A stretch of DNA of 64,000 bases from contig CAZMIO010000002.1 of the NCBI GenBank assembly GCA_964566535.1, positions 1 to 64,000 on the forward strand. Direction: 5' to 3'. Made by a program: the position numbers and the translations under genes. This DNA comes from an uncultured Methanosarcinales archaeon. GTDB lineage: Archaea; Nanobdellota; Nanobdellia; Woesearchaeales; CAZOXR01. Below are positions 20,133 to 30,919 of this stretch, one piece after another (the stretch's first letter is position 1; each line of letters opens with the position of its first letter). The notes under the pieces were generated by a model, which did not search any database, was not told where the DNA came from, and saw nothing but the letters and a program-made list of their open reading frames with translations.

Positions 20133-20540
20133 ATGAAAACAGTAATGGTTTTTGGCTCATTTGATTTACTTCATCCAGGCCATTTATTCTTCTTAAAACA
20201 AGCAAAAAAACACGGTGATAAACTAGTCGTAGTTGTGGCCCTGGACAGAACAATAGAATCAGTTAAACAACAAACTCCAAAATACAACGAAAGAGAAAGA
20301 ATAGAACACGTAAGAGACATTAAATTCGTTGACAAAGCAATCTTAGGATATGAAGTGGATCCTTATGAAATCATTGAAGAAATAAACCCAGACATAATAT
20401 GCTTAGGTTACGATCAAAACTCATATTCAGAAAACCTAAAAGAAGAATTAACAAGAAGACAGATGAACCCCAAGATAATAAGAATAGGATCATACAAAGA
20501 AGACCAATATAAAAGCTCAAAACTAAAAGAACTTTCTTAA
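20133..20540 (+). CDS. ribL: Archaeal FAD synthase (cytidylyltransferase family)
   Basis: FGSFDLLHPGH, VD.AILG, PDIICLGYDQ. Confidence 0.82.
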   Translation: MKTVMVFGSFDLLHPGHLFFLKQAKKHGDKLVVVVALDRTIESVKQQTPKYNERERIEHVRDIKFVDKAILGYEVDPYEIIEEINPDIICLGYDQNSYSENLKEELTRRQMNPKIIRIGSYKEDQYKSSKLKELS

Positions 20541-20589
20541 TATAAGAAATCTTTATATAAACCCTAATACCTTCTAAACAAACATCAAA

Positions 20590-21315
20590 ATGGAAAAAAC
20601 ATACCAAAAAATAATAAGTGAAATAAAGAAATATTTCAAAGAAAACAATTTCAAAAAAGCAGTCATTGGACTATCTGGAGGAATAGATTCAAGCTTATCC
20701 GCAGTCCTAACTGCCAAAGCAATAGGCAGTGAAAACATTCTAGGGATCCTAATGCCTGAATCAGGATTAACAAGAAAAGAAAATGTTAATGATGCAATTG
20801 AACTAGCAAAATTCGCCAAAATAAAGTATACAATCATCCCAATCAACAAATTCATCCAACCATTCAAGGGAGTCAGTTGGAAAATAAATAAGATAGCACA
20901 CATCAACACAAAATCAAGAATAAGGGCTAACATTCTCTACAACTACGCTAACAACCATAACGCTTTAGTAATAGGAACCTCAAATAAAACAGAAATAGCA
21001 CTAGGTTACTTCACAAAATATGGAGATGGCGCTTGCGACATAGAAATCATCGGCAGCCTTTACAAAACAGAAGTAATTAACCTGTCAAAGTTCCTAAAGT
21101 TACCAGAAAATGTAATAACCAAACAACCAACTGCAGAACTATTCCACGGTCAGACTGATGAAAAAGAACTTGGAGCAAATTATCAAGAGATTGACAAAAT
21201 CCTAAAAACAATTAAAAACAAAACCTCAAAGTCAAAGTTAGAAAAAGAAATAATAAAAAGGATTAATCAAAACAAACATAAAACAGAGAGTATACCAATA
21301 ATAAAAGCCAAATAA
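20590..21315 (+). CDS. nadE: NH3-dependent NAD+ synthetase
   Basis: GLSGGIDSS, N.KSR.R, GTSNKTE, GYFTKYGDG, PTAEL..GQTDE. Confidence 0.96.
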   Translation: MEKTYQKIISEIKKYFKENNFKKAVIGLSGGIDSSLSAVLTAKAIGSENILGILMPESGLTRKENVNDAIELAKFAKIKYTIIPINKFIQPFKGVSWKINKIAHINTKSRIRANILYNYANNHNALVIGTSNKTEIALGYFTKYGDGACDIEIIGSLYKTEVINLSKFLKLPENVITKQPTAELFHGQTDEKELGANYQEIDKILKTIKNKTSKSKLEKEIIKRINQNKHKTESIPIIKAK

Positions 21316-21316
21316 A

Positions 21317-21811
21317 ATGACAACTGCACTATTCTTAGGAAGATTCCAACCATTCCATAACGCCCATTTAGAAGATATAAAAACAGCATCAAAAGAAAAC
21401 AATAACGTCATCATCGCAATAGGCTCTTCACAATATTCAGACACCAAAGAAAATCCTTTTTCTTATGAAGAAAGAAAAGAGATGATAACTATTTCACTAA
21501 AAAAAGAAAATATCTCAAACTATGAAATATTTCCAGTAACTGACATCCAAGACGACCAAAGGTGGGTAAACCATGTAGAAACATCTCTTCCTCCATTCAA
21601 CATAATCTACACGGGCAACAAATTAACTGAAGAACTTTTCACCAAAGCCAACTATAAGGTAATAAAAGTAAAAATGATAGAAAACATCAACGGTACAACA
21701 ATACGGGATAAAATAAAGAACAACGAAGAATGGGAATCACTAGTACCAGAAGCATCCTTAAATATAATTAAAAAAATCAATGGCATAGAAAGAATAAAAA
21801 ATCTAAATTAG
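21317..21811 (+). CDS. nadM: Nicotinamide-nucleotide adenylyltransferase
   Basis: GRFQPFHNAH, IGSSQ, NPFS..ER, NGT.IR, W..LVP. Confidence 0.93.
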   Translation: MTTALFLGRFQPFHNAHLEDIKTASKENNNVIIAIGSSQYSDTKENPFSYEERKEMITISLKKENISNYEIFPVTDIQDDQRWVNHVETSLPPFNIIYTGNKLTEELFTKANYKVIKVKMIENINGTTIRDKIKNNEEWESLVPEASLNIIKKINGIERIKNLN

Positions 21812-21814
21812 AAA

Positions 21815-22936
21815 CTAATCAAAAACCTTCTTCAAAAAACCTTTCTTCTTACTTTCCTTCTCAAACTGCTTCAAAATTTCTTTCTGCTTCCCAGTCAGTT
21901 TCTTAGGAACATCAATAACAACTTCAACATTCTCATCCCCTTCCCCAGAGCCATGTAAATGTTTAATTCCTTTTCCCCTCATCCTAAAAACTGTGTTACT
22001 CTGAGTCCCAGCAGGTATCTTCAACTTAGCATTTCCATCTAATGTAGGAACATCAATCTCCCCACCAATTGCAGCAATTGTAAACGGAATATCAACCTTA
22101 ACATTTAGGTCATCTCCTTCCCTTTCAAAGACATCGTGCTCCTCAACATGAACTACAACATACAAATCTCCAGTAGTTCCTCCTTTCTCTCCAGCCTCAC
22201 CTTCACCTCTAACTAATAAATTAGTCCCATTCTCAGCTCCGGCTGGAATAGTTATCTCAATCTTCCTTGTTTTCTTGACCAATCCAGTACCATCACATTC
22301 AGGACACTCATTTTTAATAACCTTACCTTCCCCGCCACACTTTCTACATGCAGCAGTTGTAGCAAACATACCAAATGGTGTTCTTTGAGTTCTCCTAACA
22401 ACACCAGAACCATCACAATCATCACAATCAGTAACATCAGAGCCAGATTCAGCACCAGAACCATCACATTCAGGACATTTCTCCAATCTAGGGATAGATA
22501 TATGCTTCTTAATCCCATCAGCAGCTTCCTTTAAAGTAATCTCCATATCATACCTCAAATCAGCCCCACCACGAGGACTTCTCCTTCTTCTACCACCTCC
22601 ACCTCCACCAAAACCACCTGAAAAAAATCTGTCAAATATATCTCCAAAATCAAATGAACTAAAATCAGATGATCCAAAATCAGAAGTATTAAATCCACCA
22701 TATCCAGATGACCTCTTGAAAGCATCAGCATCTCCAAACTGATCATATTGTGCTCTCTTCTGATCGTCACCCAAAATAGAAGCAGCTTCATTCAATTCCT
22801 TGAACTTCTCAGTAGCATCATCCCCATCATTAACATCAGGATGATGTTTCTTCGCCAGATTCTTGTAAGCTTTCTTAATCTCCTCTTTAGTTGCGTTCTT
22901 CTCCACACCTAAAGTTTTGTAATAGTCCTTTGTCAT
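21815..22936 (-). CDS. dnaJ: Chaperone DnaJ
   Basis: J-domain HPD, G/F-rich region and four CxxCxGxG repeats. Confidence 0.97.
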   Translation of the reverse strand: MTKDYYKTLGVEKNATKEEIKKAYKNLAKKHHPDVNDGDDATEKFKELNEAASILGDDQKRAQYDQFGDADAFKRSSGYGGFNTSDFGSSDFSSFDFGDIFDRFFSGGFGGGGGGRRRRSPRGGADLRYDMEITLKEAADGIKKHISIPRLEKCPECDGSGAESGSDVTDCDDCDGSGVVRRTQRTPFGMFATTAACRKCGGEGKVIKNECPECDGTGLVKKTRKIEITIPAGAENGTNLLVRGEGEAGEKGGTTGDLYVVVHVEEHDVFEREGDDLNVKVDIPFTIAAIGGEIDVPTLDGNAKLKIPAGTQSNTVFRMRGKGIKHLHGSGEGDENVEVVIDVPKKLTGKQKEILKQFEKESKKKGFLKKVFD

Positions 22937-22937
22937 T

Positions 22938-23483
22938 TCAATTCCCACTAACTAATCCCTCTCCAATACTCTCCATTTCTTTAATAACCTTTTGGTTACC
23001 TTCTAACTCATTAATCTTATCAGCTTTAGTATAATACGAACCAACTTCTTCCATCTCAAGTATCCGGAGAAAAGTACGAAATATCTCCATCGTTTCCTTA
23101 ACGGACTTATCAATCCCACCACCAACACCCAAAATAAAAGCTTTCTTTCTTTTCAATTTCTTACTAAACCAATAAGGGTTACATCTGTCCATAAAATTCT
23201 TCATCCTAGCAGTTACATTGCTAAAATAAGAAGGACTAGCCAAAATCACCAAATCAACCTCCTCCAATTTACCATAAATCTCATCCATATCATCAGTGAT
23301 ACAGCAAGAATGTTTCACAAGACAATGTTTATCTCCACCATCACAAAAATTAATCTTCTTCTCCTTTAATTTAATCTCTTCAACTTCAGCACCAGCAGAT
23401 TTAGCTGACTCTAGAATCAAACCTAACATAAAGTCAGTGTTCCCCTTTCTAGGGCTACCATTCACAGCCAGTATTTTTACCAT
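22938..23483 (-). CDS. Flavodoxin-fold protein (NADPH-dependent FMN reductase / iron-sulfur flavoprotein family)
   Basis: NGSPRKGNT, Cys cluster, ASPSYF, MKNFMDR. Confidence 0.88.
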   Translation of the reverse strand: MVKILAVNGSPRKGNTDFMLGLILESAKSAGAEVEEIKLKEKKINFCDGGDKHCLVKHSCCITDDMDEIYGKLEEVDLVILASPSYFSNVTARMKNFMDRCNPYWFSKKLKRKKAFILGVGGGIDKSVKETMEIFRTFLRILEMEEVGSYYTKADKINELEGNQKVIKEMESIGEGLVSGN

Positions 23484-23590
23484 TTATCCCGATTTTCAAT
23501 GGGTGAGTGGAGGGCCATCAGTTGCACATAAAGTACAAAGGGCTATACCCCCCTATTTCACATCAGTTGTCAACAAATAAAAAAATTATA

Positions 23591-25504
23591 TTATTTCTTT
23601 TTCTTCTTATCTTCGTCCTCTACCTTGTACTCTGCATCAACCACTTTGTCATCTTTCTTCTTCTCTTCCTTAGCAGTCTCTGCACCAGCAGCACCAGCCT
23701 TCTGATTCTTAGCTTGTTCTTCAGCAACCTTCTTGTACATCTCAGCTGACATCTTCTGAACTAGTTCGTTCACTTCATCCAGTTTCTTCTTAATCTTCGC
23801 TGTATCTTTCTTCTCAGGCTTAAGCAACTCTTCAAGCTCCATTATCTTTCCTTTAACAGTCTCAAGTTCTTTCTTGTCAACCTTGCCTTCAAAGTCTTTA
23901 AACATCTTCTTTGAAGAAAACACTAAAGAGTCTGCCTGGTTTACTACATCAACTTCTTCCTTCCTCTTCTTGTCTTCCTCAGCATGTGTATCTGCATCCT
24001 TCTTCATCTTTTCAACTTCTTCTTCAGAAAGTTTGTTTGGCGCAGTAATCTTAATGCTCTGCTCCTTACCAGTTCCTAAATCCTTAGCAGTTACATGCAG
24101 TATTCCATTTGCATCAATATCAAAAGTAACCTCTATTTGAGGTACTCCTCTTGCTGCAGGTGGAATCCCCACTAAATCAAATCTTCCAAGACTCTTGTTG
24201 TCAGCAGCCATTGGCCTTTCCCCTTGCAACACATTGATTGTTACAGCTGGCTGATTCTCAGATGCAGTAGAGAAAATTTGACTTTTCTTTGTAGGAATTG
24301 TAGTGTTCCTTTGGATTAATTCAGTTTTTACTCCACCCAAAGTTTCAATACCTAAAGTCAAAGGAGTTACATCTAGTAACAAAATATCCTTAACATCTCC
24401 AGCCAAAACTCCGGCTTGAATAGATGCTCCTTGAGCTACACATTCCATAGGATCTACTCCTCTCTCTGCCTTTTGGCCAACAATATCCTCAACAAACTTC
24501 TTAACTGCAGGCATTCTAGTAGGTCCACCAACAAGAATAATCTTATTAATATCCTTAACATCTAACTTTGCATCACTTATTGCCTGTTCTAGTGGACCTT
24601 TACATTTCTGAATTATTGACTCAACTAATTGTTCAACTTTAGCCCTTGTCAATTTCAGATTAAGATGTAATGGTGTTCCATCCTTCTGTGTAATAAAAGG
24701 TAGATTAATGTCAGTCTCCATTGTAGTACTTAACTCAATCTTAGCCTTTTCAGCAGCTTCTCTTAATCTCTGCATTGCTGTATCGTCTTCACTTATATTA
24801 ACTCCTTCCTTCTTCTCAAAATCCTCAACAATATGGTTCACCAAAACTCCATCCATATCAGTTCCACCTAATTGAGTATCTCCAGAAGTTGATTTTACTT
24901 CAAAAACCCCTTCACCAAACTCCATTACTGTAACATCAAGAGTTCCTCCACCAAAATCAAACACTAAAATCTTCAGATCTTTGTCAGATTTATCTAGGCC
25001 ATAAGCAAGTGATGCTGCTGTTGGTTCGTTAATTATCCTAACAACTTCAAGACCAGCAATTGTACCTGCATCCTTAGTTGCCTGCCTTTGATTGTCATCA
25101 AAATAAGCAGGAACAGTAATAACTGCCTTACTTACTGGCTCTCCAATGTACTCTTCAGCATCTTCTTTTATCTTCTGTAGAATAAAAGCAGAAATCTGTT
25201 GTGGTGTATACTCCTTCTTATTTATTTCATACTTAAAAGTAGTTCCCATCTTTCTTTTAGCAGCAGTTATCGTACCTTTTGGGTTGCTTACAGCCTGCCT
25301 TCTAGCCGGTTCTCCAACTAATTTCTGACCATCCTTTGTAAATGCAACTACTGATGGAAATGCTTTCCCATATTGTGTAGTACCTTCAGCACTTGGGATT
25401 ATTGTTGGTTTTCCAGCTTGCAAAACCGCAGCTGCTGAATTTGATGTACCTAAATCTATTCCAATTATTTTTTCCTTGTTTGTTTTTGTTTTCTTTTCTG
25501 TCAT
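23591..25504 (-). CDS. dnaK: Chaperone DnaK (Hsp70)
   Basis: [49 protein letters not shown]. Confidence 0.98.
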   Translation of the reverse strand: MTEKKTKTNKEKIIGIDLGTSNSAAAVLQAGKPTIIPSAEGTTQYGKAFPSVVAFTKDGQKLVGEPARRQAVSNPKGTITAAKRKMGTTFKYEINKKEYTPQQISAFILQKIKEDAEEYIGEPVSKAVITVPAYFDDNQRQATKDAGTIAGLEVVRIINEPTAASLAYGLDKSDKDLKILVFDFGGGTLDVTVMEFGEGVFEVKSTSGDTQLGGTDMDGVLVNHIVEDFEKKEGVNISEDDTAMQRLREAAEKAKIELSTTMETDINLPFITQKDGTPLHLNLKLTRAKVEQLVESIIQKCKGPLEQAISDAKLDVKDINKIILVGGPTRMPAVKKFVEDIVGQKAERGVDPMECVAQGASIQAGVLAGDVKDILLLDVTPLTLGIETLGGVKTELIQRNTTIPTKKSQIFSTASENQPAVTINVLQGERPMAADNKSLGRFDLVGIPPAARGVPQIEVTFDIDANGILHVTAKDLGTGKEQSIKITAPNKLSEEEVEKMKKDADTHAEEDKKRKEEVDVVNQADSLVFSSKKMFKDFEGKVDKKELETVKGKIMELEELLKPEKKDTAKIKKKLDEVNELVQKMSAEMYKKVAEEQAKNQKAGAAGAETAKEEKKKDDKVVDAEYKVEDEDKKKKK

Positions 25505-25538
25505 TTTTATTTCACCTTCGTGTTTTAATTATCATTCC

Positions 25539-25898
25539 CTAACCAAAGTAGCTAGGCGCTTGTTGAGCCTTTTCATCATCTTTCTTACCATCTTTCTTCT
25601 TGTGTTTCTTCTCAAACTCTTTGATTGCCTTTGGCTTTTCTATCTTGCCAAACTCTTTTTCATAATCTTCAACTCTCTTCAGCAGAAAAGCAGCAATCTT
25701 CTTAGCATGAAGCGGATCAACCAAAACTACATTATGCTTAATTGATATAACTGCATTCTCCTGACTTCTTGGGTCTATCCTAGGCGTTACACACTTAAAA
25801 TCCAAAACAAACTGAGATGGATTAAAGTTAACACTCATCTCGTGCGCAAAAAACGCATCTCCTTCATTAATACTAAAATTTAATTTTCTTTCTGCCAT
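25539..25898 (-). CDS. Conserved hypothetical protein (DUF3467-like)
   Basis: FFAHE.SV......FVLDF...P pattern, GGAGG SD, located inside the dnaK operon. Confidence 0.65.
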   Translation of the reverse strand: MAERKLNFSINEGDAFFAHEMSVNFNPSQFVLDFKCVTPRIDPRSQENAVISIKHNVVLVDPLHAKKIAAFLLKRVEDYEKEFGKIEKPKAIKEFEKKHKKKDGKKDDEKAQQAPSYFG

Positions 25899-25909
25899 TT
25901 TTATTCCTC

Positions 25910-26413
25910 CTATTTCAATATCGTAAAATCCAATATCTTCCTTAACCTCCCTTCATCCAAAACCAGCTCTCTCAATTCGCCACCGGGCAATGCTTCATGT
26001 GTCTTAAGGTAAATTGCATATTGCCTTATCGACTCTGGATCATGTGCATTCACAAAATTATTGAGCATAAACCATTTACTCAACTCCTCACCATGTTCTC
26101 CACAATTGCCTACCTTACATTCAGTTGGTTTTACTGAATGAATTTTACATCCCATTTCATCAAAAAATATGCAAACACCATACGGCTTACCTTCTCTAAC
26201 AATTTTAGGCCGTAACAACCTTGTGTTAAATTTTTCAACTCCTTCCAAATACTTTTCGTTCACCTCTTTTTCTGATAAACCCAAAAACAATGAAATTTTC
26301 GTTAAATCATCATTAATTAAACATCCGCTACCGTGCTTACAGCAATTGTTCCTTCTTTGACATTCACTGCCAATCTCCAAAACCTCACTTAGCAGAGTCT
26401 CCTTTCTTATCAT
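25910..26413 (-). CDS. YkgJ-family cysteine-cluster protein
   Basis: CQRRNNCC, CIFF...GC.IH..KP.EC motifs. Confidence 0.85.
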   Translation of the reverse strand: MIRKETLLSEVLEIGSECQRRNNCCKHGSGCLINDDLTKISLFLGLSEKEVNEKYLEGVEKFNTRLLRPKIVREGKPYGVCIFFDEMGCKIHSVKPTECKVGNCGEHGEELSKWFMLNNFVNAHDPESIRQYAIYLKTHEALPGGELRELVLDEGRLRKILDFTILK

Positions 26414-26906
26414 CTTTTTTGCCCTTACTAACCTTAACCTTACTATGCCTCAGTACTGCATCATTAAGCATATACCCTCTCTGTAATTCTTCAATAACTG
26501 TATCTTCTTCCTTATCTGAAAACTCTTTCATCAAAACTTCATGTTTGTAAGGGTCAAATTTCTTCCCAATCGATTCAATAGGTCTTACTTCCTCAGATTC
26601 AAGCACAGAATAAAACTGAGCAAATACCATCTCCATACCCTTAACAAACTTTTCGTCAACCGAAACGTCCTTCAGAGCTAGCTCAAAACTATCTAATATT
26701 GGTAAAATCTTCAAAATAAACTTACCTTCAGCATACTTAACAAACTCATTCTTTTCCTTATCTGTCCTCTTCTTATAATTCTCAAACTCTGCCTGCAGTC
26801 TTTGTAAACTATCCGTTAATTCACTAATCTTAACCTCTTTTGGGTCAATTTCTTCCTTTTTCTGTTGAATTTTTGTGTCTTTTTTTTGTTTGTTCATTTT
26901 TACCAT
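26385..26906 (-). CDS. grpE: Nucleotide exchange factor GrpE
   Basis: RLQAEFENYKKR, LPILDSFELA, FDPYKHE, GY.L...VLR...V.V. Confidence 0.96.
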   Translation of the reverse strand: MVKMNKQKKDTKIQQKKEEIDPKEVKISELTDSLQRLQAEFENYKKRTDKEKNEFVKYAEGKFILKILPILDSFELALKDVSVDEKFVKGMEMVFAQFYSVLESEEVRPIESIGKKFDPYKHEVLMKEFSDKEEDTVIEELQRGYMLNDAVLRHSKVKVSKGKKDDKKGDSAK

Positions 26907-26918
26907 CAGTTTGATTTG

Positions 26919-26935
26919 GTTGACTTAAAGTCAAC
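26919..26935. promoter_or_regulatory. Inverted repeat GTTGACT-N3-AGTCAAC, candidate operator of the grpE-dnaK-dnaJ operon
   Basis: Perfect 7-bp arms between the minus-strand TATA (26958-26965) and the grpE start; a second palindrome GTTAAGCTTAAC at 26944-26955. Confidence 0.6.
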
Positions 26936-27030
26936 GAATAACAGTTAAGCTTAACATCTATATAAGCTTTTCGGTTCTAAAGTATATAAAAAACACAATG
27001 TTTATATATAATTTAATCAAATAAGGAAGT

Positions 27031-27441
27031 ATGATAAGGATTTACAGACAAAAAATAACAATTCTTAGATCTAGAAAACCAGTTGAGAAATCAATTAATA
27101 GAGAGCTACAATACTTAGGTACTTCCTTAGGCCTCTTCAATCTAAGGGACAAAGACAAATCCTGCTTTCGTATATTTATAGAATTATTAAGGACAGCTAA
27201 GACCAAACAACCATTAACATCTGATGAAATTGCCCACCGAACTCAACTTTCAAGAGGCACTGTTGTTCACCACATAAACAAATTGATGGAATCAGGCATT
27301 GTAGTAAGTGAAAGAAACAAATATATGCTACGAGTGAACAATCTAAGCGAATTAATAGATGAATTACAAAAAGATATACTAAATATGTGCCATGATCTAA
27401 AGGAAACAGCCGAAGATATTGATAAGAAACTTGGGTTATAA
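27031..27441 (+). CDS. Winged-helix transcriptional regulator (ArsR/TrmB-like), divergent from grpE
   Basis: LTSDEIA....LSRGTVVHHINKL.ESGIV helix-turn-helix. Confidence 0.85.
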   Translation: MIRIYRQKITILRSRKPVEKSINRELQYLGTSLGLFNLRDKDKSCFRIFIELLRTAKTKQPLTSDEIAHRTQLSRGTVVHHINKLMESGIVVSERNKYMLRVNNLSELIDELQKDILNMCHDLKETAEDIDKKLGL

Positions 27442-27494
27442 TAATTCTTTTAACATATATTTAAATAGTAGTTTAAGCAGTACCAACTCATCTA

Positions 27495-29363
27495 ATGGTA
27501 AATAAACAACTACTAAACTGGATAAAAAATCTAAAAACCAAAGGTTATTCTAATGCTCAGATTACAAAACATTTAACTCAACAAGGATACCAACTTAATG
27601 TTGCTAAAGAAGCATTGAAATCATTGACTAGACCTAAACCATTTTCCCTTACAGGATACCTAAAATCAATTTCTTCCTTAACACTTATCTTATTTATTAC
27701 CTCATTTTTGTTCCTAGCCCACTCATTCAATTTCTTAATTCTAGGATTAATCTCACTTACATTATTAGGTATTTCCCTATCAATCCTTGACCACTTATAT
27801 AAAAAAAATAAGGAAAAATTTGGAGTTATTATCATCTCATTAGCATTTGCAGTTTTATTTCTATTTACTAACCAGATATTATTACCGTTATTATTTTTCA
27901 TCATCATTCTGATTAAATCATTTGTTTATTTCAAAAAATCAGATAAGGGGTATAATCTTACTACAATATTCTTATCGCTTTTCATAAGTCTTGTTTTTGC
28001 CGCTACTTTGAGCTTCCTCGCGCTATTATTAATATCATATGGCATAATACCATTATTTCAAACAATAAATGAACTTTATTTGAATCTGATTTTGAGTCCG
28101 TTAATTATTGTCTTTTTTAGCTCTTTCTTAATCATATCAATTAAATTACTGCAAAGATGTGGATGTTTCAATCATAACGCGTATTTTAGGCACAAACATT
28201 TTCCATTTAAAATTTTAAATATATTCTCTTCCGATAATTTAGACGTAAAAAAATCAATAATTAAAACTTCGTCTCTCCTTATTTTTTTTGTTTTATTTTT
28301 AGCTATTTCGGTTTCCGTTTTTTTAAGTATTGATTTCGTTGATTCCACGTATGGAAAGACTGAATCCTTAATTAACAGTAATAAGGAGTCTATTGAATCT
28401 CCATTCTATAGATATGAAAAAATAGTTCAACAAAAAGGATTTAAAATTACTCAAAATAGTGTTGTATTTAATGGAACTTATTATGGCTTTATTGTACCTA
28501 CAGAATTGGGAACAATTTTTTATAATTGTGACGTGAATCTGAATAATTGTGAATCCAAAGCATATGAAAGTAGCCTAAAACTGGATCAACAAGTCCCCTT
28601 AGACAACTCATTTGGTACTTTACTAGGTGAATCAATTGGGACAGAAGTTCTATTTATCTTACCAAAAGAAACTATAGAAAAAGTTATATCCCACAATTTT
28701 TTTGAGTTCGAGGATTCTGAATTAAGAGAAACAAAAATCGCTTTAGAAATAAACGAAGATTGGACAAGAATTAACAAAGAATTACTAAATGAAAAGACTA
28801 ACTTACCGATAACTCTAATTGACAAGGTAGACTCTTTCAATTCAGGTAAAGTATTTGATTCTGTAGTTGAAAGAATATTATTTACGACTAAATTAGGTAT
28901 TACCAAAGGAGATCTACATACATCCAAAGATATATTGATAAAAGAATTTAATTTTACTAAAAAGAACTTAGAAAATGGAGATATTTTCTATGATGGAACT
29001 GAAGATATTGATGGGCATTTACAGAAAATTAGAGATAATGTGAATCTACTTTATCCCAAGACCTTAAACTTGCCCAAGGAAAAGATAAAAGATTATCCTT
29101 ACAACTCCCTTTTAGGTTATAATTTAGAGCCAGAATCACTCTACGAAAAAGCGCAATTTAGGATAACTAAACGTCTAAGAATATTTAAAGCCATAGAAGA
29201 ACTTGGTGACGGGCTATCTACAAATAAGGATGATTTTGAGATCAATACTATTAAGAGAGAATTCCAGGAAATTGATATTGAAGAAAGTAAGATAAGTAAG
29301 GTTCTAAGGCTAAAATTGCTTGAAACAAGATTAAAAAAAATCTTGAAAATAGACCAAGACTAA
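27495..29363 (+). CDS. Multi-pass membrane protein with a large C-terminal soluble domain
   Basis: N-terminal L..WI......GYS..QI...L...GY motif and several TM helices; atypical base composition. Confidence 0.7.
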   Translation: MVNKQLLNWIKNLKTKGYSNAQITKHLTQQGYQLNVAKEALKSLTRPKPFSLTGYLKSISSLTLILFITSFLFLAHSFNFLILGLISLTLLGISLSILDHLYKKNKEKFGVIIISLAFAVLFLFTNQILLPLLFFIIILIKSFVYFKKSDKGYNLTTIFLSLFISLVFAATLSFLALLLISYGIIPLFQTINELYLNLILSPLIIVFFSSFLIISIKLLQRCGCFNHNAYFRHKHFPFKILNIFSSDNLDVKKSIIKTSSLLIFFVLFLAISVSVFLSIDFVDSTYGKTESLINSNKESIESPFYRYEKIVQQKGFKITQNSVVFNGTYYGFIVPTELGTIFYNCDVNLNNCESKAYESSLKLDQQVPLDNSFGTLLGESIGTEVLFILPKETIEKVISHNFFEFEDSELRETKIALEINEDWTRINKELLNEKTNLPITLIDKVDSFNSGKVFDSVVERILFTTKLGITKGDLHTSKDILIKEFNFTKKNLENGDIFYDGTEDIDGHLQKIRDNVNLLYPKTLNLPKEKIKDYPYNSLLGYNLEPESLYEKAQFRITKRLRIFKAIEELGDGLSTNKDDFEINTIKREFQEIDIEESKISKVLRLKLLETRLKKILKIDQD

Positions 29364-29413
29364 GCTAACAAATACCGAAAATTTTAAATACCATTTATTC
29401 TATTAACTTTTTT

Positions 29414-30097
29414 ATGAGTGCAAAGTTTTTCAATGGGTCTGATGAAGGCTCCAAAAAAAAGAAAGGCGAAGGTGAAGAGATAGAGGTAGCAATTAGAGTA
29501 AACAAGAAAGCTATCGAACGAACTCTCTATCTAACAACAATAGTCATATTAATCGGAGTCGTTGTTTTCATGTCAATTAATAACACTAAATGTACTACCA
29601 CTGCTGGAGCAGTCATATCTGAACCAGAAAATTTAGAAGTAGGTAACAATCAAATTACAACTGAAATAAGCGAAGAACCAGAAGAGCCAACAACACCAGA
29701 AGTAATAACAGAACCAGAAGATGAACCAGTAACAGTTGTAAAAACAGAAATCGACGCAGGACTCAGATTTACTAGTGACGATATCACAACAGAAGGAGAT
29801 CATCCAAAAATTAAGGTTACTGAAGTAAAATATAAAATTGTAAGTGCTGGTGCTAAGTTTACAGCAAGAGTCGAATTAAGATGGTACGATAAGGCTGAAG
29901 AGGAAGAATCAAGAGAAATAATCCATGCGACAGATGAATTTATCATAAGCCAAGACGCAACAGTTTCAAGAACTATGGATTCATTCACACCTAGCTACTT
30001 AAACTCAGAAAACGACGATGAAATGTTCGTTCTAAAACTAATTGATGTTGATACTGACAAAGAAATCTCCTCAAAGTCAATCAATTTCTACCCTTAA
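29414..30097 (+). CDS. Single-TM hypothetical protein with an acidic linker and beta-rich external domain
   Basis: Long ORF with a TATA-like box about 30 nt upstream. Confidence 0.7.
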   Translation: MSAKFFNGSDEGSKKKKGEGEEIEVAIRVNKKAIERTLYLTTIVILIGVVVFMSINNTKCTTTAGAVISEPENLEVGNNQITTEISEEPEEPTTPEVITEPEDEPVTVVKTEIDAGLRFTSDDITTEGDHPKIKVTEVKYKIVSAGAKFTARVELRWYDKAEEEESREIIHATDEFIISQDATVSRTMDSFTPSYLNSENDDEMFVLKLIDVDTDKEISSKSINFYP

Positions 30098-30513
30098 ATA
30101 TCCACACTAACTCTAACTTTATATCCTTTCTTTGTTTTTTCAAACTTATAGCCATAGTTAGTAACAGCCTTAACAACTGTACCACCAAGTTCTGGCCTTA
30201 TTGATTCCCCGCCCAATTTAGCAATAACATGAGTCTCATCAATCTCCTTTATCGTAAACTTAGAAAAAAACATCTCCTCCGTATCAACAATAGCTATTAA
30301 CCCTTGAAGCCAATTAACCATCAATTCACTGGCATTCTCAGCCTTCATCTCAAACTCTTCATAATACTTAGCCTTAACTTCCTTAATCTCACATATAACA
30401 GAGAACATAGCCTCAGCAGCATTAGCAAATAACTCCTTTAAATTCTTACCATACGCCTCAAACATCACATCAGAAGTTAGACCTTCTATGAATTTGTACT
30501 TAACCATTTTCAT
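30094..30513 (-). CDS. Archease (RtcB cofactor)
   Basis: TSDV.FEAYG..L.ELFANAA, VKAVT, V.VDI C-terminus. Confidence 0.92.
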   Translation of the reverse strand: MKMVKYKFIEGLTSDVMFEAYGKNLKELFANAAEAMFSVICEIKEVKAKYYEEFEMKAENASELMVNWLQGLIAIVDTEEMFFSKFTIKEIDETHVIAKLGGESIRPELGGTVVKAVTNYGYKFEKTKKGYKVRVSVDI

Positions 30514-30845
30514 AGATCATAAGGAAGTATTTGTGGATCATCGTCCTTTGTCTCTACACTTTCCGTAGTTTCCTGAGTTTCTGTAGCACTTGCCTGTGTT
30601 TCTTGTGTTTCAGGTGTATTTTCAGCCTCCGTACCACCAAAAATATTCCCAAACACATTTCCAGATGCAGCCGGCTTCTCATCACTAACTTCAGTCTCAG
30701 TAACCTTTACCTCACTATCTCCACTTTCAAAGATATTTCCTTGATTACTATAAACTTTACTCTCTCCAACTAAATTCTGCAGCATCCCAATAACCCTTTT
30801 AATATCAGTATGGCTGTCCTCTTTTGTGTCTATAGTTATTTTCAT
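30510..30845 (-). CDS. Hypothetical protein, largely acidic and disordered
   Basis: MKITIDTK.DS..DIK N-terminus and E/T/Q-rich tail; coupled to archease. Confidence 0.7.
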   Translation of the reverse strand: MKITIDTKEDSHTDIKRVIGMLQNLVGESKVYSNQGNIFESGDSEVKVTETEVSDEKPAASGNVFGNIFGGTEAENTPETQETQASATETQETTESVETKDDDPQILPYDL

Positions 30846-30919
30846 ATTCTACCCTATTACCTTCAGAGATTATAAAGTTTTCTATAAAATATAAGGGTAA
30901 TTCTAGAAATCGCACCGAC

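Noticed and set aside
20133..20540. Cytidylyltransferase as CoaD/PPAT completing the CoA pathway
   Set aside because: FDLLHPGH and PDIICLGYDQ fit RibL better, and it sits with nadE/nadM
23500..23580. Fluoride riboswitch, hammerhead or C/D-box match (CTGATG motifs)
   Set aside because: Lacks the GATGG..pseudoknot, the complete CUGAUGA/GAAA core and proper box C; kept only as a generic structured element
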